NCBI RefSeq assembly: GCF_009914755.1
Contig: NC_060927.1
Direction: 5' to 3' (one strand)
Length of the DNA: 64,000 bases
DNA from: the human T2T-CHM13v2.0 reference genome, Homo sapiens
Shown: one piece after another, positions 19,780 to 33,079 of the stretch
Layout of the letters: each line of letters starts with the position of its first letter
Numbering within the stretch: the stretch's first letter is position 1
Notes under the pieces: model-generated
What the model saw: the letters and a program-made list of their open reading frames with translations, nothing else
Told to the model about the DNA's origin: nothing
Databases searched by the model: none
Position numbers and translations under genes: made by a program

Positions 19780-20000
19780 TTAGCATCTCAGGAGACAGAC
19801 CCAGATTTAAGTCCTGGCTCTGCACTAGCTAGCTGTGTGTTTTCAGATGATTTACTCTCAATCTATTTTCTCAACTACAAAGTGGGAATAATAATAATTC
19901 ATGCTTCATGGGCTTGTTTTGAAGATTAAATAAGAATGCATGTAAAGCACTTAGTATCATTCCTAGACTATTATAAGTGCTCATTACATGTTAATTAATG
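19780..20000 (+). mobile_element. MIR SINE
   Basis: agacagacccagatttaagtcctggctctgc..gaagattaaataaga..gtaaagcacttag. Confidence 0.75.
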
Positions 20001-20453
20001 TTACCATATTTATTACTGTCATTCACAAAGCTCTCTGCAGAATACATTCCACAATATTGAATAACTTGCCTGCCACAGCTTGGCAGTTCTACTTTACTTC
20101 TTCTAAGGTAACTGGAATTGTAACTTAACAGGTCAATCACAAGAATGGCTTCAGAGGCAAAGGATGCCAGACCACAGTGGGTGATGGAGTGAATGAGCAC
20201 TGAAGGCAGTGAGTGCAGGCTCCTCTTTCAAGAAACTGGGCTGTGACTTCATGGAGAAGGTCTCTGTAGGACACAGAGAGTTTGCAGATGTTTGTAGACT
20301 ACCAGGGAAGGAACCAATAAAAGGAATGAAATTGGAGATACCATAGATAAGGACAAGTAAAGGGACAAGACCATACTGTAATGGATATATTATATGAATA
20401 ACTGCGCAGGCATTTCTCAAAGACACAGCAAAGAAAATAAAAAAAAAAAACAG

Positions 20454-20998
20454 TGTCTTATCTTGGGTTCCTCTGAAAGCAGAGCCTGAGATGAAGGCTG
20501 GATTCCATGTAGTTTATTTGGGAATGTGATCCCAGAAAGCAGAAGTACAGGATAGCAGGAGAGAAACAGGAAGGAAGGAAAGTTTATACAAGGTGTTGGC
20601 CTCATCTGTAGGTAATTGGTGCTTAATACCACTGGACCTTCTGAGAACCTCATAAAACCCACTTCAGAACTGCCTATCTACTGGCACAAGGGGAGACATT
20701 TGTCTTTTGTCTCCTTTTCCACTAGGTCAAAGATGGTCTATTGGATTAAATCCTTTGTATTTCTAGCATGAGAAACTGTGAGTGCCAAGCCGGTTCCCGA
20801 GGGTATCCCATGCTGTGGCTTCTACAGAGCCACAAGACTGAAAGCAAAAGGTACAGGGCTCTGGCCCAAGTGGAAGGCTGTGCAAGTGTACCTGGGTAAA
20901 GCCTACTGAAGCCTTCAGTAGGATCGTCACCAAGTGGTGGTTGGGTTGAGAGGTAGGCCCCAGAAGATTTTACAGTGGTGGACAACAGATACTCCACA
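20454..20998 (-). mobile_element. ERVL solo LTR (LTR40/LTR16-like)
   Basis: tgtcttatcttgggttcc..agcagagcctgaga..agtttatttgggaatgtgatcccag, with TG...CA ends. Confidence 0.6.
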
Positions 20999-21019
20999 GG
21001 AAGAGCTAACATTATTGCA

Positions 21020-21220
21020 CATTGATTAAACACCGGGCACTGTTCTGAACACTTGACATTAATTCACTTAATCCTCACAGCTACTTTGCATTGCAAATGA
21101 GAAAATTGAGGCACAAAAGCTGGAGAACGCTGCTTGAGGTCACATAGCTGTTGAGTGTCAAAGCCAGGAATCAGGTTCCGGCACACAAGCTCCTAACGAC
21201 TGCACCGCACAGCCTCTGAG
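21020..21220 (-). mobile_element. MIR SINE
   Basis: ttaatcctcacagc..aatgagaaaattgaggcac..aggtcacatagct. Confidence 0.7.
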
Positions 21221-21444
21221 AATGGGGCTGGCTGAAGCAGGGGCAGCAGTGTTTGTGTTGTGTCCATGTTGGTGGGGACCCCACTCATTCACATTTGACC
21301 TCCGGCCCCCTCCCCTCAGCATTCCATAAATGCCCTCTACTAAGCTCTAGGTGGAATTAATTCCTATCTAGACCTTCCAAGGTCATATTTAACTTAACTC
21401 CACTCACTTTATTCCCCAAAGTAAAACAAAACCCAACTTGCTGA

Positions 21445-21771
<327 letters not shown>

Positions 21772-21877
21772 TGGAGCCTCCTTTGAGCTGCTTGGTCTCT
21801 TGCTCATTTATTCTTCACTAAAATTCAATTGAAATCATTTGGTGATCACCACTAAGAGTCACTTCCAAAGTATGTGT

Positions 21878-22300
21878 TGTTAAAAGAAAAACTTCAGCCA
21901 AATTACATTTAAAGGAGTTTAATTGAGCAATGATTGATTTGTGAATCGGGCAGCCCCCAGAATCACAGCAGATTCAGAGAGACTCCAGGGATGCCTCGTG
22001 GTCAGAACAAATTTACAGACAAGAAAAACGGAAGTGACGAACAGAAATTGGAGGTGAGGTACAGAAACAGCTGGATTGGTTACAGCTTAGGATTTGCCTT
22101 ATTTGATCACAGTTTGAACACTCAGCAGTGTATGAGTGGTTGAAGTACGGCTGCTGGGATTGGCCAAGACTCAGCAATTGTTAGAGGAGCATACTGATAA
22201 GTTAGAGTTTCAATCTTGTCTATCTATTAAGTTAGGTTGCAGTTTGTCCACAAGGACTCAAACATAGAAGTACGGAGGCCATGTTTAGTTTGTTTTAACA
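21878..22300 (-). mobile_element. MER57 (ERV1) solo LTR
   Basis: tgttaaaagaaaaacttcagcc...tttagtttgttttaaca with TG/CA ends and a 4-bp TSD gtgt (21874-21877 / 22301-22304). Confidence 0.88.
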
Positions 22301-22379
22301 GTGTAATAAAATTGACTTAAACTACAAAAGAACTGAAATATTCAACTGCACCTAGGACAAAAATTTTTTTTAAAAAATG

Positions 22380-22672
22380 TAACCATAGCTACATTTGACT
22401 GTCGAGCGCTTTGCAAGTGGTCAAACTGAGGTGTGCTATAAGTGTAAGATACATTGCAAATTTGAAAGATTTAGTACAGAAAAAAAGTAAACTACCTCAT
22501 TAGTATTTCTTATATTGGCTACATATTCATATGACAACCATTTTGGATATATTGGGTTAAATAAAATGTGTTATTAAAATTAATGTCACTGATTTCTTTT
22601 TACTTTTTAAAATGTGGCTACTAGAAAGTTTAAAATTGTATATGTGACTCATAGTATATGTCTATTGGACAT
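22380..22672. mobile_element. MER33-like hAT-Charlie DNA transposon
   Basis: gtgtgctataagtgtaa..ttttggatatattgggttaaataaaat..tgtggctactagaaa..tctattggaca. Confidence 0.8.
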
Positions 22673-22929
22673 AATTTGACCTTTTCCAGCCTCATTCTTA
22701 CTTTCCCAGTCACTACACTTCAGTTACCAACTTTACTCTTCCTAAAACAGCCCCAACGTGTTCCTAACACAGGGCCTTTGCAGTTGCTCTTCCTCTGCCA
22801 GGAATGTCCTTTCTCAGGATTATTTATTCCTTTCCTTCTTGATCTCTTCAGAGGAACATCCCCTATCCAATCTATGTAGACAGTGTCTCTATCTTTCTTG
22901 TGCTTTATTTTTCTTTGGAGCAGTTAAAT

Positions 22930-23045
22930 TGGGGACGGGTGGAGTGGTGCACATTTGTCATCAGAGGCTGAGGCTGGAGGATTGCTTGAGCCCAGGGGTT
23001 CGAGGCTGCAGTGAGCTAAGGTTTAAACAAACTAACAAAAAACAA
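22930..23045 (+). mobile_element. FLAM/AluJ monomer fragment
   Basis: gaggctgaggctggaggattgcttgagccc..gaggctgcagtgagcta. Confidence 0.75.
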
Positions 23046-23433
23046 ACTGGTATCATGTCCTCTGTCTCTGTCAATGCCCTCTTTATATTATAGTGGAAAT
23101 AAATGAAGAGATGAATGGAGTAGATTTTTGTGTTTTCCTGTAACCAACCTTTTGGGTAATGAATGAATAACCAATTAGAAAAAAAAAAAAAAAGTCCACT
23201 TTGATGGACTGTTTCATCTCTTGGCCTTGGAATTTCAAAACCTGCCTTAGCACCTCCACATTGGGACTGCATCTGGCAGCTAAGTTGAGGATTCGCTTGC
23301 AGCTTAAGGATCCTTTCAAGGGCCTTCTCCCTAGGAAGGGATGTTGACTTGTCTAGCCTTCCTGGGAGCTGGGACTCCAATTGTCTCATGCACAGATGCT
23401 GAAGTCAGTTCTGTTTGTGGCTTCTGTTTTTAT

Positions 23434-23451
23434 TGACAGTAGAGGGCAGCA
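23434..23451 (+). promoter_or_regulatory. Candidate CTCF binding motif
   Basis: tgACAGTAGAGGGCAGCa closely matches the CTCF core CCA(G/C)(C/T)AG(A/G)(G/T)GGC. Confidence 0.45.
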
Positions 23452-25327
23452 GAGTCCTTTCCACAGGAGCATTTGAGCCGAGAAGACCAACTAAGACTTT
23501 GGGCTGTGCACAGTTAAAGTCAAGCTCCTTTCAGAGAGAAATAGCTAACGAGACCCGTAATGTCTAGGGTAAGAACTATAGCAATGGCATATTTTCTTCT
23601 ATCTCTAATTATATAGATGGTTCAAACTTCTGATGCAATCTCCTTATTAAATATTTATTTTATCTGAGTTTTTATTTTCTTGCCTCCGTTTTGTTTGTAG
23701 TTTAAGGGTTGGCTAGGGGGTGTAGGACTGGAGAAAGTTGATATTAGTGGATTCATTTACATTCATTTGGTTTACATCTCATCCTGGATTTTCAGGAATG
23801 AAAACTGGCTTCTTGTGGCATACAATTTCTGTATTTATCTGCAAAGATTACTCTGGAGGGCAGACAGTGTTGGCTCTAACTTTATGCATGACCCAGAAAT
23901 AAGCATCTCCATTAACCCATTATCATTATAGCACTGAGAGTTTTCAACAAAACATATGCATGAGAATTGATTAATAATCCCTAAGAGTGATGTGGATAAT
24001 AAAAAGCTTATAGGTCCCTCAGCTATGACAGACAGTCGTGCAGATATGCTTCCTAAGAACACAAGGAAAAAAGGTATGATTCTCCAAAAAAGTATTTTTA
24101 AAATCCAGTAGGTAGTGAGAGTGCTTCTAAGAAATTATACAAAGTGCCTTGATCAGTTAGTAACTTTAGAATGAGCTCTTAGCTAGAAAATTCAGGAAAT
24201 CAGCAGCATAAGGGTGTTTTACATACTTCATTAAAAAAAATTTCCAATATATTTACCAAAAAAGAAATCATGATTATTTCCTCATCTCCATATTTCACGG
24301 ACAATAGAATGGTTTAGGTTAAAACAACAACAACAGCTGACCTTGGCATGTTGGTCAAGTTAGCTAGCAGCTAGTGACTCAAAGTTTCCCCTATTAGCTG
24401 TACTGTCTCAGTAACAGAGTTTTGAATTGCAACTTAATTTCTCCTAATATTGTGTCCTACAGTTTTGATACCTAATAGTTGCATGGATATCTGCTATCAT
24501 TCTTTGGTTGCTTTAGTTGTGAGGACTGTTACATTCTCTAAAAATTCTGTTTTAGCCTCCAAATGCTTAGAGCCAGAGGAGTGGGATGAATTTGCTAACC
24601 CATAATCACAGTTAGTATATTGATAGCCACTGGAAGATTTTGTTGCTGTTTATGGCCACACAAATCAGTCTCAGGCTGGATTGTTTGGGCTTTGTTTGAA
24701 TTTGCTACTTAACTTTGAACTCTAGGTTTTGAAAATTTCCACTCAGTTGCAGGCATATAACCTTAGGAAATTGGATTCTCAAGAGATAGCTGAAGATAGT
24801 GTTGAGCATGCCGTTTAGATACAAAATAGGACTAAAGAGCCTCATCCTGCTGAAATTATTTACCATTGGAGCCTCTGAATATAAATGTACTCCTAAAGGC
24901 AGTGAAGCTTCAGGAAGCCATATGAAGGTGAATAAGAAAAGATTTCTATTATTATACATATGGGACGCTGAGAAAGAGATGAGAAAAGAACCACAAGGAA
25001 AACATAAAATGGATGTAAGATCGACATTGCATTTTGAATATATGAAGATATTGTCAGAGGAAAATTCTATTTTCACGTACGATAATTCTATGCAACACAC
25101 ATAAACCAACAAATTCTTATTCAAAAGCCTAATCCAGGTTTAAGAAGTGGGAAAACAATCTTTGCATTTTGAATCTGTCCTTGTAGTGAGAAAGAGCTGA
25201 ATTATGATTTGAACTCTTACTGATAGATAGGAACTCAGAAACTGCACAGAACATTTGAAGTATGTATTTGATAAAAATTCAGTGAGCCCTCTTTTGTGCC
25301 AAGTACGGTACTAGATACTATCGATAC

Positions 25328-25816
25328 GGACAGAGTTTAGGACATGCCATTCCAAAATATGGCCTCTTGATGTTTCAGAAAAAAGCAGAAGCAGGAAGTT
25401 CTCTTTGACCTCCTCCCAAAGTTCTCCTCTGAAGCAGGTCGTAAAAGAATTATCTGATCTTTCTTTAAAGTAGGTCATAAGACCCTCATTCCAGAGACAT
25501 CTTTCCTGTATCTGGAGGAAGGAATGAAGACATAGAGATGCCAAGAAGAATCTGAACAAATAGGCCTTACAAGTTGCCCCCAGTTAATTCCGATTAGATC
25601 ATACCTTTGTCCAATCATACTTCTGTATGGCTGTCTACTCTTCATTAAACCTAAGTATAAAAATACACAAGTTTTCCTGTTTCTTTGGTTCTTCATTTCT
25701 GAAAACTCTCACGTCATATAAAACTTGCTCATATGTATTTTTTTTTTTTTTTGTAGAAGTCTCAGCCATGAACCTAGCAGTGAAGGAGGAAAACATCTTA
25801 TGTCTTGTTCTCTACA
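25328..25816 (+). mobile_element. MER34-family (ERV1) solo LTR, inserted in an L2 remnant
   Basis: catgccattccaaaatatggcc..taggtcataagaccctcattccagag..aagaagaatctgaacaaa..ctctaca. Confidence 0.75.
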
Positions 25817-26521
25817 ACACAAAGATGAACATAAAGAAGAAACACAGACTCTGGCCTGGAGAAGTTCAGTGTCTGGTGGGGGAGACTGGATAAATAATTT
25901 AAAACATTTATTTAACAAATAATTACAGTGCAATATGATAAGTACAATAGCTAAAGTGTGGGCAAAGTGTCGCAGGAACAGGAATAAAGAGGAGACAACT
26001 TCCAAAAAAATCTTACATACTTAACCTTTTCCCGACATTTTGACCTGAAAATAAATCAGCATAACAACTCACAAATACAAGGGTTACATAATTTGCTTTA
26101 TAAGAAGTACAGATTAGTTTTAAGTAAGATGATTTCTTTATAATGATAGCCCTGATAATTTAGTTTTTATGGACTTTTGGGATTCCATATTTATTAAGTC
26201 ATCATTTGAGTCTCTCTTAGTAGATAGGATTCTCATCACACTTATTTTGGGGGATGTCATCTTACTTATTTGCCACCTAACACTGGTCATGGGCTGGTAT
26301 TCAACAAAAATTTTTGAGCTAAATTAAATTTGAATATGTTATTATGGGTTAGATGAAGTAAAAAAAAATTGGGGCTGTTAATTGGTAAAATCTGAATTAG
26401 GATATTTATCTGGATAAAGTACTAAGAAAAAGGAAACCTTTACATATCTCCTTTATATAGTTAACTCCCAACACTCTACACTAAATATACTGTTTAGTAT
26501 TAAAGGCTAAACTTATAATTT

Positions 26522-26830
26522 CTATCATTTAATATAGATATAATTATCTATTATATAGATATCTAGATATCTAGATATCATATCTAGATATCTAGATATG
26601 ATATCTAGATATCTAGATATGATATCTAGATATCTATATCATATCTAGATATCTAGATATCTAGATATCTAGATAACTATATCATATCTAGATATCTAGA
26701 TATCTATATCATATCTAGATATCTATATCATATCTAGATATCTATATCATATCTAGATATAGATAATATAGATATCTATATCATATCTATATATAGATAA
26801 TATAGATATCTATATCATTTAATATAGATA
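26522..26830. repeat. Self-complementary (ATATCTAG)n / TATC-rich tandem array
   Basis: Repeated tctaga and gatatc hexamers. The unit is a rotation of its own reverse complement. Confidence 0.95.
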
Positions 26831-26918
26831 ATTTGTTTTTGGCAGAAAATATATATCAGATAACTACAAGCAGAAAATTCTATTTGATACAAGAAATGAA
26901 TTTGGCATTTGCTCAAGA

Positions 26919-26942
26919 TACACACACACACACACACACACA
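26919..26942 (+). repeat. (CA)n microsatellite
   Basis: Directly visible. Confidence 0.95.
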
Positions 26943-27398
26943 GATATGAGTATAAGCAAGGACTAAATTACAAAGCATGAATTTATCTAGAATACTGTGG
27001 TCTCAGGTATGAAGGAAGTCTTTAAAGTGCCCTATCTAAAGGATCAGCATGCAGATGGGGAATTTATTTTGGATGGTAATGGTGGCCTTCCCTTGGAACT
27101 CTTTCCTCAAATCACAGCTCATAGATAGCCAATTAGGTCAAATTGAGGTTTGAGCTTTCCAAATGGTTCTCTGTTTTTCCTAAGCAGCACCTCTTAGACC
27201 AAGAGTTCTCCATGAAAGGAGTTACCTGAACCGCCATGTAACCACTGGCTTTTCCATGCTCAAAGCCATCTGCTCATGATAATCACAGCACATTGTGTTT
27301 TCATGAAGTACTTTCACAAGGTGTTATCTCATATGACATGAATAGCTTCATCGCCAGGTTGTTAAATATCCACTTTTCAGATACAGAACTGGCTTATA

Positions 27399-30010
27399 AC
27401 TTCTATTCAACATAGTATTGGAAGTTCTAGCCAGAACAATTAGGCAAGAGAAAGACATAAAACGCATCCAAATTAGAAGGGAAGAAGTTACATTGTCCCT
27501 GTTTTCAGAAAACAGGATTTTATATGTAAAAAAACCCCTAAAGACTCCACAAAAAACTATTAGAACTAATAAATGAATTCAGTAAAGTTGCAGGATGCAA
27601 AACCAACATATGAAAATCAGTCGTATTTCTATATGCTAATAACTAACATCCAAAATATAAATCAAGAAAACAATATTTTTTGTGGAATAACTACAAAAAG
27701 ATACTTAGGAATAAATTTAGCCAAGGATGTGAAAGACCTGTGCACTGAAAACTATAAAACATTCAGGAAGGAAATTGAAAAAGACACAAATAAATGGAAA
27801 GATACCCTGTGTTTATGGACTAGAAGAATTAACATTGTTAAAATGTTCATATTCCCCAAATGACTTATGGATTTAATGCAATCCCTATCAAAATTTCAAT
27901 GACATTTTTCGCAGACACAGAAAAAAATTCTAACTTTTATAGGGAACCACAAAAGACTCTGAACAGCCAAAGCAATTGTGAGCAAAAACAACACAGCTGG
28001 AGACATCACATTATCTGACTTCGAAAAATACTATAAAGCTATAATAAACAAAACATCATGGTACTGGCATAAAAACAGATACATAGACCAATCATACATG
28101 AGCCCAGAAATAAATGATTTTTGACAAAGGTGCCAAGAACATGTAATGGGGAAAGAACAGTCTCTTCAATAAATGGTATTTGGACAACTGGATATCCACA
28201 TGCATGCAAAAGACAAAAATTGGACCCTTATTTCATACGTTATACAACAATCAACTAAAAGTTGATAGGAGACTTAAATGTAAAACATGAAACTAGAAAA
28301 CTACCAAAAAATAGGAGAAAAGCTTTGTGACTTTGGACTGGGCATGATTTGTTTGTATATGACCACAATCACAGGCAACAAAAGCATACATGAGGTTACA
28401 TCAAACTAGAAATCTTCTGCACAGTCAGGGAAACAATCAACAGAGTGAAGAGACAACCTATAGAAAGGGAGAAACTATTTTAATATCATACATCTGATAA
28501 GGGGTTAATATCCAAAATATATAAAGACTTACACATAAATTCGATAGTAAGAAAACAAGTAACCTGATTTTAAGCTAGGCAAAGGATCTGAATAGATGTT
28601 TCTCAAAAGACACACAAATGACCAACAGGTATATGAAAAAATGCTTAATATCACTAATCATCTGCTAAATGCAAATTAAAGCCAAAATGAAATATCACAT
28701 CACACCTGTTAGAATGGTTATTAACAATAAGACAAAACATAACAAATATTGGTGAGGACGTGGAGAAAAGGGAATGCTTGCATACTCTTGGTAGGAATGT
28801 AAATTAGTACAGGGATTATGGAAAACAGCATGAAGGTTACTAAAAAAATTATAAATAGAACTATCACATGATCTGGCAATCCCACTACTGACAACATATA
28901 CAAAGGAAATGAAATCAGTACGTCAAAGAGATACCTGCACTCCCATTTTTATTGCAGCACTATTCACAAATGCTAAGATATGGAATCAATCTAAGTGTCC
29001 ATCAGTGGATAAATGGACTTAAAAGTGTGGTATATACAATTTACAATTGTAAAAGTATGGAATCAGCCCAAATGCCCCTCAGTCAATGAGTGGATAAAGA
29101 AAATGTGGTACATATATACTATGGAATACTACTCAGCCATGAAAAGGATTGAAATAATGTCATTCACAGCGACCTGGATAGAGTTAGAAACCATTATTCT
29201 AAGTGAGGTAACTCAGAAATGGAAAATCAAACATATCTTCTCATTCAAAAGTGGGAGCTAAGCTATGAGGACGCAAAGGCACAAAAATGATACAACGGAC
29301 TTTGGGGACTTGGGGGAAAGGGTGGGAAGTGGGTGAGGGATGAAAGACTATACACTGGATGCAGTGTACACTGCTCAAGTCATGGGTGCATCAAAACCTC
29401 AGAAATCACCACCAAAGAATCTATGCATGTAGCCAAACACCACCTGTTCCCCTCAAACTATTGAAATATAAAATAAATTTTAAAAGTTTAAAAAATGTGG
29501 TATATATTCACAATGGAGTACTATTTGGCCTTAAAAAATTAGGAAATCCTGTCATTTGCAACAACATGGATGAACCTGGAGGACATTGTGTTAGGTGAAA
29601 TAAGCCAGGCGCAGAAAGACAAATATTGTGTAATTTCACTCATGTGGAACCTTAAAAAGTTGAACTCGTAGATTTATAGAAGAATGGTTTTTACTGGAGG
29701 CTGGGGGAAGTGGGGAGAGGGTTGGGAGATGTTGATTAAAGGATACAAAGCTTCTGTTAAGAGGAAAAAATTCAAGAGGTCTATTGAACAACGTGATGAT
29801 TATATTTTATAACAACACATTTGTTATTCTTGAAAATTGCTAAAAGTGTAGATTTTAAGTGTTCTCACCTCCAAAAAAATAAGTATGTGAGGTAATGCAT
29901 ATGTTAATTAGCTCTATTGAGGCGTTCCACTATATATATATATACTTCAAAATAATGTGCTATACACAATAGATTTACATAATTTTTATTTGTCAAAGAA
30001 ATTAAAAAAT
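27399..30010 (+). mobile_element. 5'-truncated L1MA6-like LINE-1
   Basis: 3' half of ORF2 ([12 protein letters not shown]) and an L1MA6-type 3' UTR. Degenerate TSD agaactggcttata (27385-27398) / agaaccagtttata (30011-30024). Confidence 0.85.
29037..29487 (+). mobile_element. L1PB1-like 3' end nested in L1MA6
   Basis: gggagctaagctatgaggacgcaaaggc..ggactttggggact. TSD aaaRtgtggtatata at about 29022-29036 / about 29492-29506. Confidence 0.85.
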
Positions 30011-32242
30011 AGAACCAGTTTATAGAAGTTACAAGAAATGAGGACACGACAATGAGCACAAACATAGATCTTCCATTAACTAGTGACTTGTAATATTTCC
30101 CATCTAGGCACAGTATTTTCTCATGCTTGAGAAGGTGCGGTTTATTTTGTGACCCCATCATTTGTGAATGCTTTAAGTTGCTAACTACAGTGGCAATCAT
30201 CACCTATCCAGATCGGGCACCACTAAAAATAACTGCCAATGAATGTATTATTGGCAGGATTTGAGAACGCTTCTGTTCTCAAATTCTGAAATGTTTAAAA
30301 AGCTCCTACTATTCAGAAGACATATTATTCAAAGCACAGGGTACCAAAAACAAAACAAAACAACAACAACAACAACAAAAAAGAAAAATCCCAAAACTGT
30401 AACCACAGAATAAGTCTCTGCTTTAAAAAAATATACAATTTACTTGCAGAGACAAATGATATACACAAAAATTTAACCAGTGTTTGGAACCATTTTTAAT
30501 ATGTACCAATGATAGACTAGAACTTCAGCTTTAAAGGACCGGCATTTTTGCCTTCCCACAAAGACAGCAGTATTTTGTCATTGCTGTATCCTCAGCTCCT
30601 CTAACACTGGCAGGTATATATTTAGTGCACAATAAAATTTTTTTCTGAATGAATGAGCAGCACATGCTATAGGTATGATGGGATTCAGAGGGAGGGACTT
30701 GTGTGAATGGAGCAGTCCTCAAAGATCCCACGGAGGGGGTGAGATGGGAACTAAGCCTTCAAGTAGATACAGTATTGGTAGACTTATTAAATTTAGTGCC
30801 TTATTAATTCATTGTCTACTATATGCCAGGTATGGCTAAAAGGGGAGTGCAAAAACCAAATCAATCACCGACCTAAAATGATCATGGGAATTTAACATGT
30901 GCTCTAAAACTCAGCCCTGTCTGCCCAGTATTTCCTATAATTCAAAACATGTATAGCAAAATAAAACCAGAGTGAAATAATTAAGAAATAGTCACTAATC
31001 TGAAAACATATAGTATAGCGGCAAAAAAAGGAGAGCATCCAATATTCTTTTTCTTGCCTGCTATTTCCTTTCATTTCTCTCTAAACATAGTTCAAAAGTC
31101 CTGGCAAGGAGTGCAAATTCAGATGGATAGAAATGCTGCCCCTTTGTCACTGCGGAAGGGGTCCCTTCCCCTTTGTCTTTCAGCCTGGAGGCTGATGGCA
31201 CATTAGGCATGGTCCTCTGTCTCATGCAGGCCTCACTGCTTCCCTCTCTTCCAACCACTTTCTAGCCCCCACCCCAAAGTCAACAAGCAGCAACACAGGC
31301 ATGCATGGGCTGTGTATCTGAGTTCCTAGAAGATCAGCTCTGGTTTGTTCTTAAATCATTTCTCTTGCAAATCTGGAAATTACACAAGTGTCTGTAGGCT
31401 TTGGGGAGTAAGTGGAGACCAGAAAAATATAGACACTGGAAGGAGCTCTAAAATCCCTCTGCTACCCACTCCCCAAATAGGTCAACCAGATGCAAGATGC
31501 CATATCTTTGGTGTCAGGAATCTCTCGCCATTTTTACTGTTCTAGGAAGTTAAGTGTTGAAGCAATTCAGCAGATTATTTTTCCATGTTGCTAGACTTGT
31601 GTTTGGGAAAAAAAAGTAAAAGGAAAATACATATTAAAATATAAAGACATACATATTTATATGTGTATATATGTATATATATATATAATGATATACATAT
31701 ACATCTGTTGCTTACATTGTCTCTATTGTTTGGCTTTCCTTGGCAACACAGTGAATTCGGAAGACTGCATGGCGCACTGTTGAGGCCCTGAGCTTCAGAG
31801 TCCAACAGATCTTAGTTTAATCCAAGTTTCCTTGTGTACTGCCAGTGGTTAAACCATCTATGTTCCTTCCTACATATCAGGAGGCCAAAACATGCCACAT
31901 AGTACTGTTATGACAATTAGCTGGGATTATCCAATGTGCTCAGCAGAGTCCCTGAGGCAGTGTGAATATTAATAAAATTTATATTGGAACCACTTTTAAT
32001 ATGTACCAATGATAGACTAGAACTTCAGCTTTAAAGGACAGGCATTTTTGCCCTCCTACAAAATACAGCAGTGGTTTGTCATTGCTGTATCCTCAGCTCC
32101 TCGAACAGTGGCAGGTATGTATTTGGTGCACAATATTTATTCTCCTTTGTTTCTCAATCTTAAGCCTGACCTCAAATTAATCACCTTAGTCTGGCTTTCT
32201 CTGTTGTTTATCCTTCTATTTATTTATGCCAAACACCTTAAA

Positions 32243-32452
32243 GCAGGCTTTCTCAGCTCAGCACTATTGACATTTTGGGCAGGACAGTTCCCTGTTGTGA
32301 GGGGTGTTCTGTGCCTTCTGGTCTCTTTAGTAGCATCCCTGGCCTCTGCCCACCAGATGCCAGTAGCAGACTGCTCCCTTCCCTGACTGTGACAATCCAA
32401 ACTGTCTCTAAGATGTTGACATGTGTGCCGTGGGGTGCAAAATCACCTCTGT
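32243..32452 (+). mobile_element. MER20 hAT-Charlie DNA transposon
   Basis: cagcactattgacattttgggc..agcatccctggcctctgcccaccagatgccagtagca..gcaaaatcacc. Confidence 0.85.
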
Positions 32453-32454
32453 CT

Positions 32455-33065
32455 TGGAGTCATTCTTGACTCCTCTCTGTTTTGCACTCTTCCACCTAAT
32501 CCATCAACACACCCTGTTCACTTACTTTGAGGATGACTCTCTCTTCACAGCTACCACCTTAATCGAAGCCACCAACATTTCTTTTCAGTATTACTGCATG
32601 GGTCTCCTTGCTGGTCTCCTAATCCCCTAGCCTCACCTGCACCCTCCATCACCTCCAGCCTCATTGGCCTCCTTGCAGCTCCTGAAACACAGTGGAAGGC
32701 TCCCACCTTTGCAGTGCTGTTCCTTCTGTGTGAACCCCTCTCTCTGCCATCACCTTCATGCCTCACTCCCTCACTTTCAGACCTCTGCTCAATGTCGCCT
32801 TTGAGGTGGGGCCTTCCTGACCACCCCAAATTCTGGCAACTCTGGATCTTCCTTCCCTTCCACTTTCTGCTTCATTTTCTCCATAGCACTTTCTTCCATT
32901 GAATATAGTTTATTCTACTCATTTTGTTTGTCTTATTTCACTAGAATGTCGACTTCATGAAGGTAAGGTTTTTTTGTATATTGAGTTTTTGCTAGTGCTC
33001 CCCAACAGCAGAACAGTGTTTGGCACTTAGTGGGCACTAAAAGATTTGTCAAATGAATGAATACA
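32455..33065 (+). mobile_element. L2 3' region
   Basis: cactagaatgt..aacagtgtttggcacttagtgggcact..aatgaatgaat L2 terminus. Confidence 0.75.
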
Positions 33066-33079
33066 TGTATTATCATCAT

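Noticed and set aside
22961-23389. 142-aa minus-strand ORF
   Set aside because: It runs through a poly-T tract and a FLAM, with no recognisable domain or splice context.
24705-25124. Overlapping 139-aa and 101-aa ORFs
   Set aside because: They have AT-rich chance-ORF composition and no recognisable homology.
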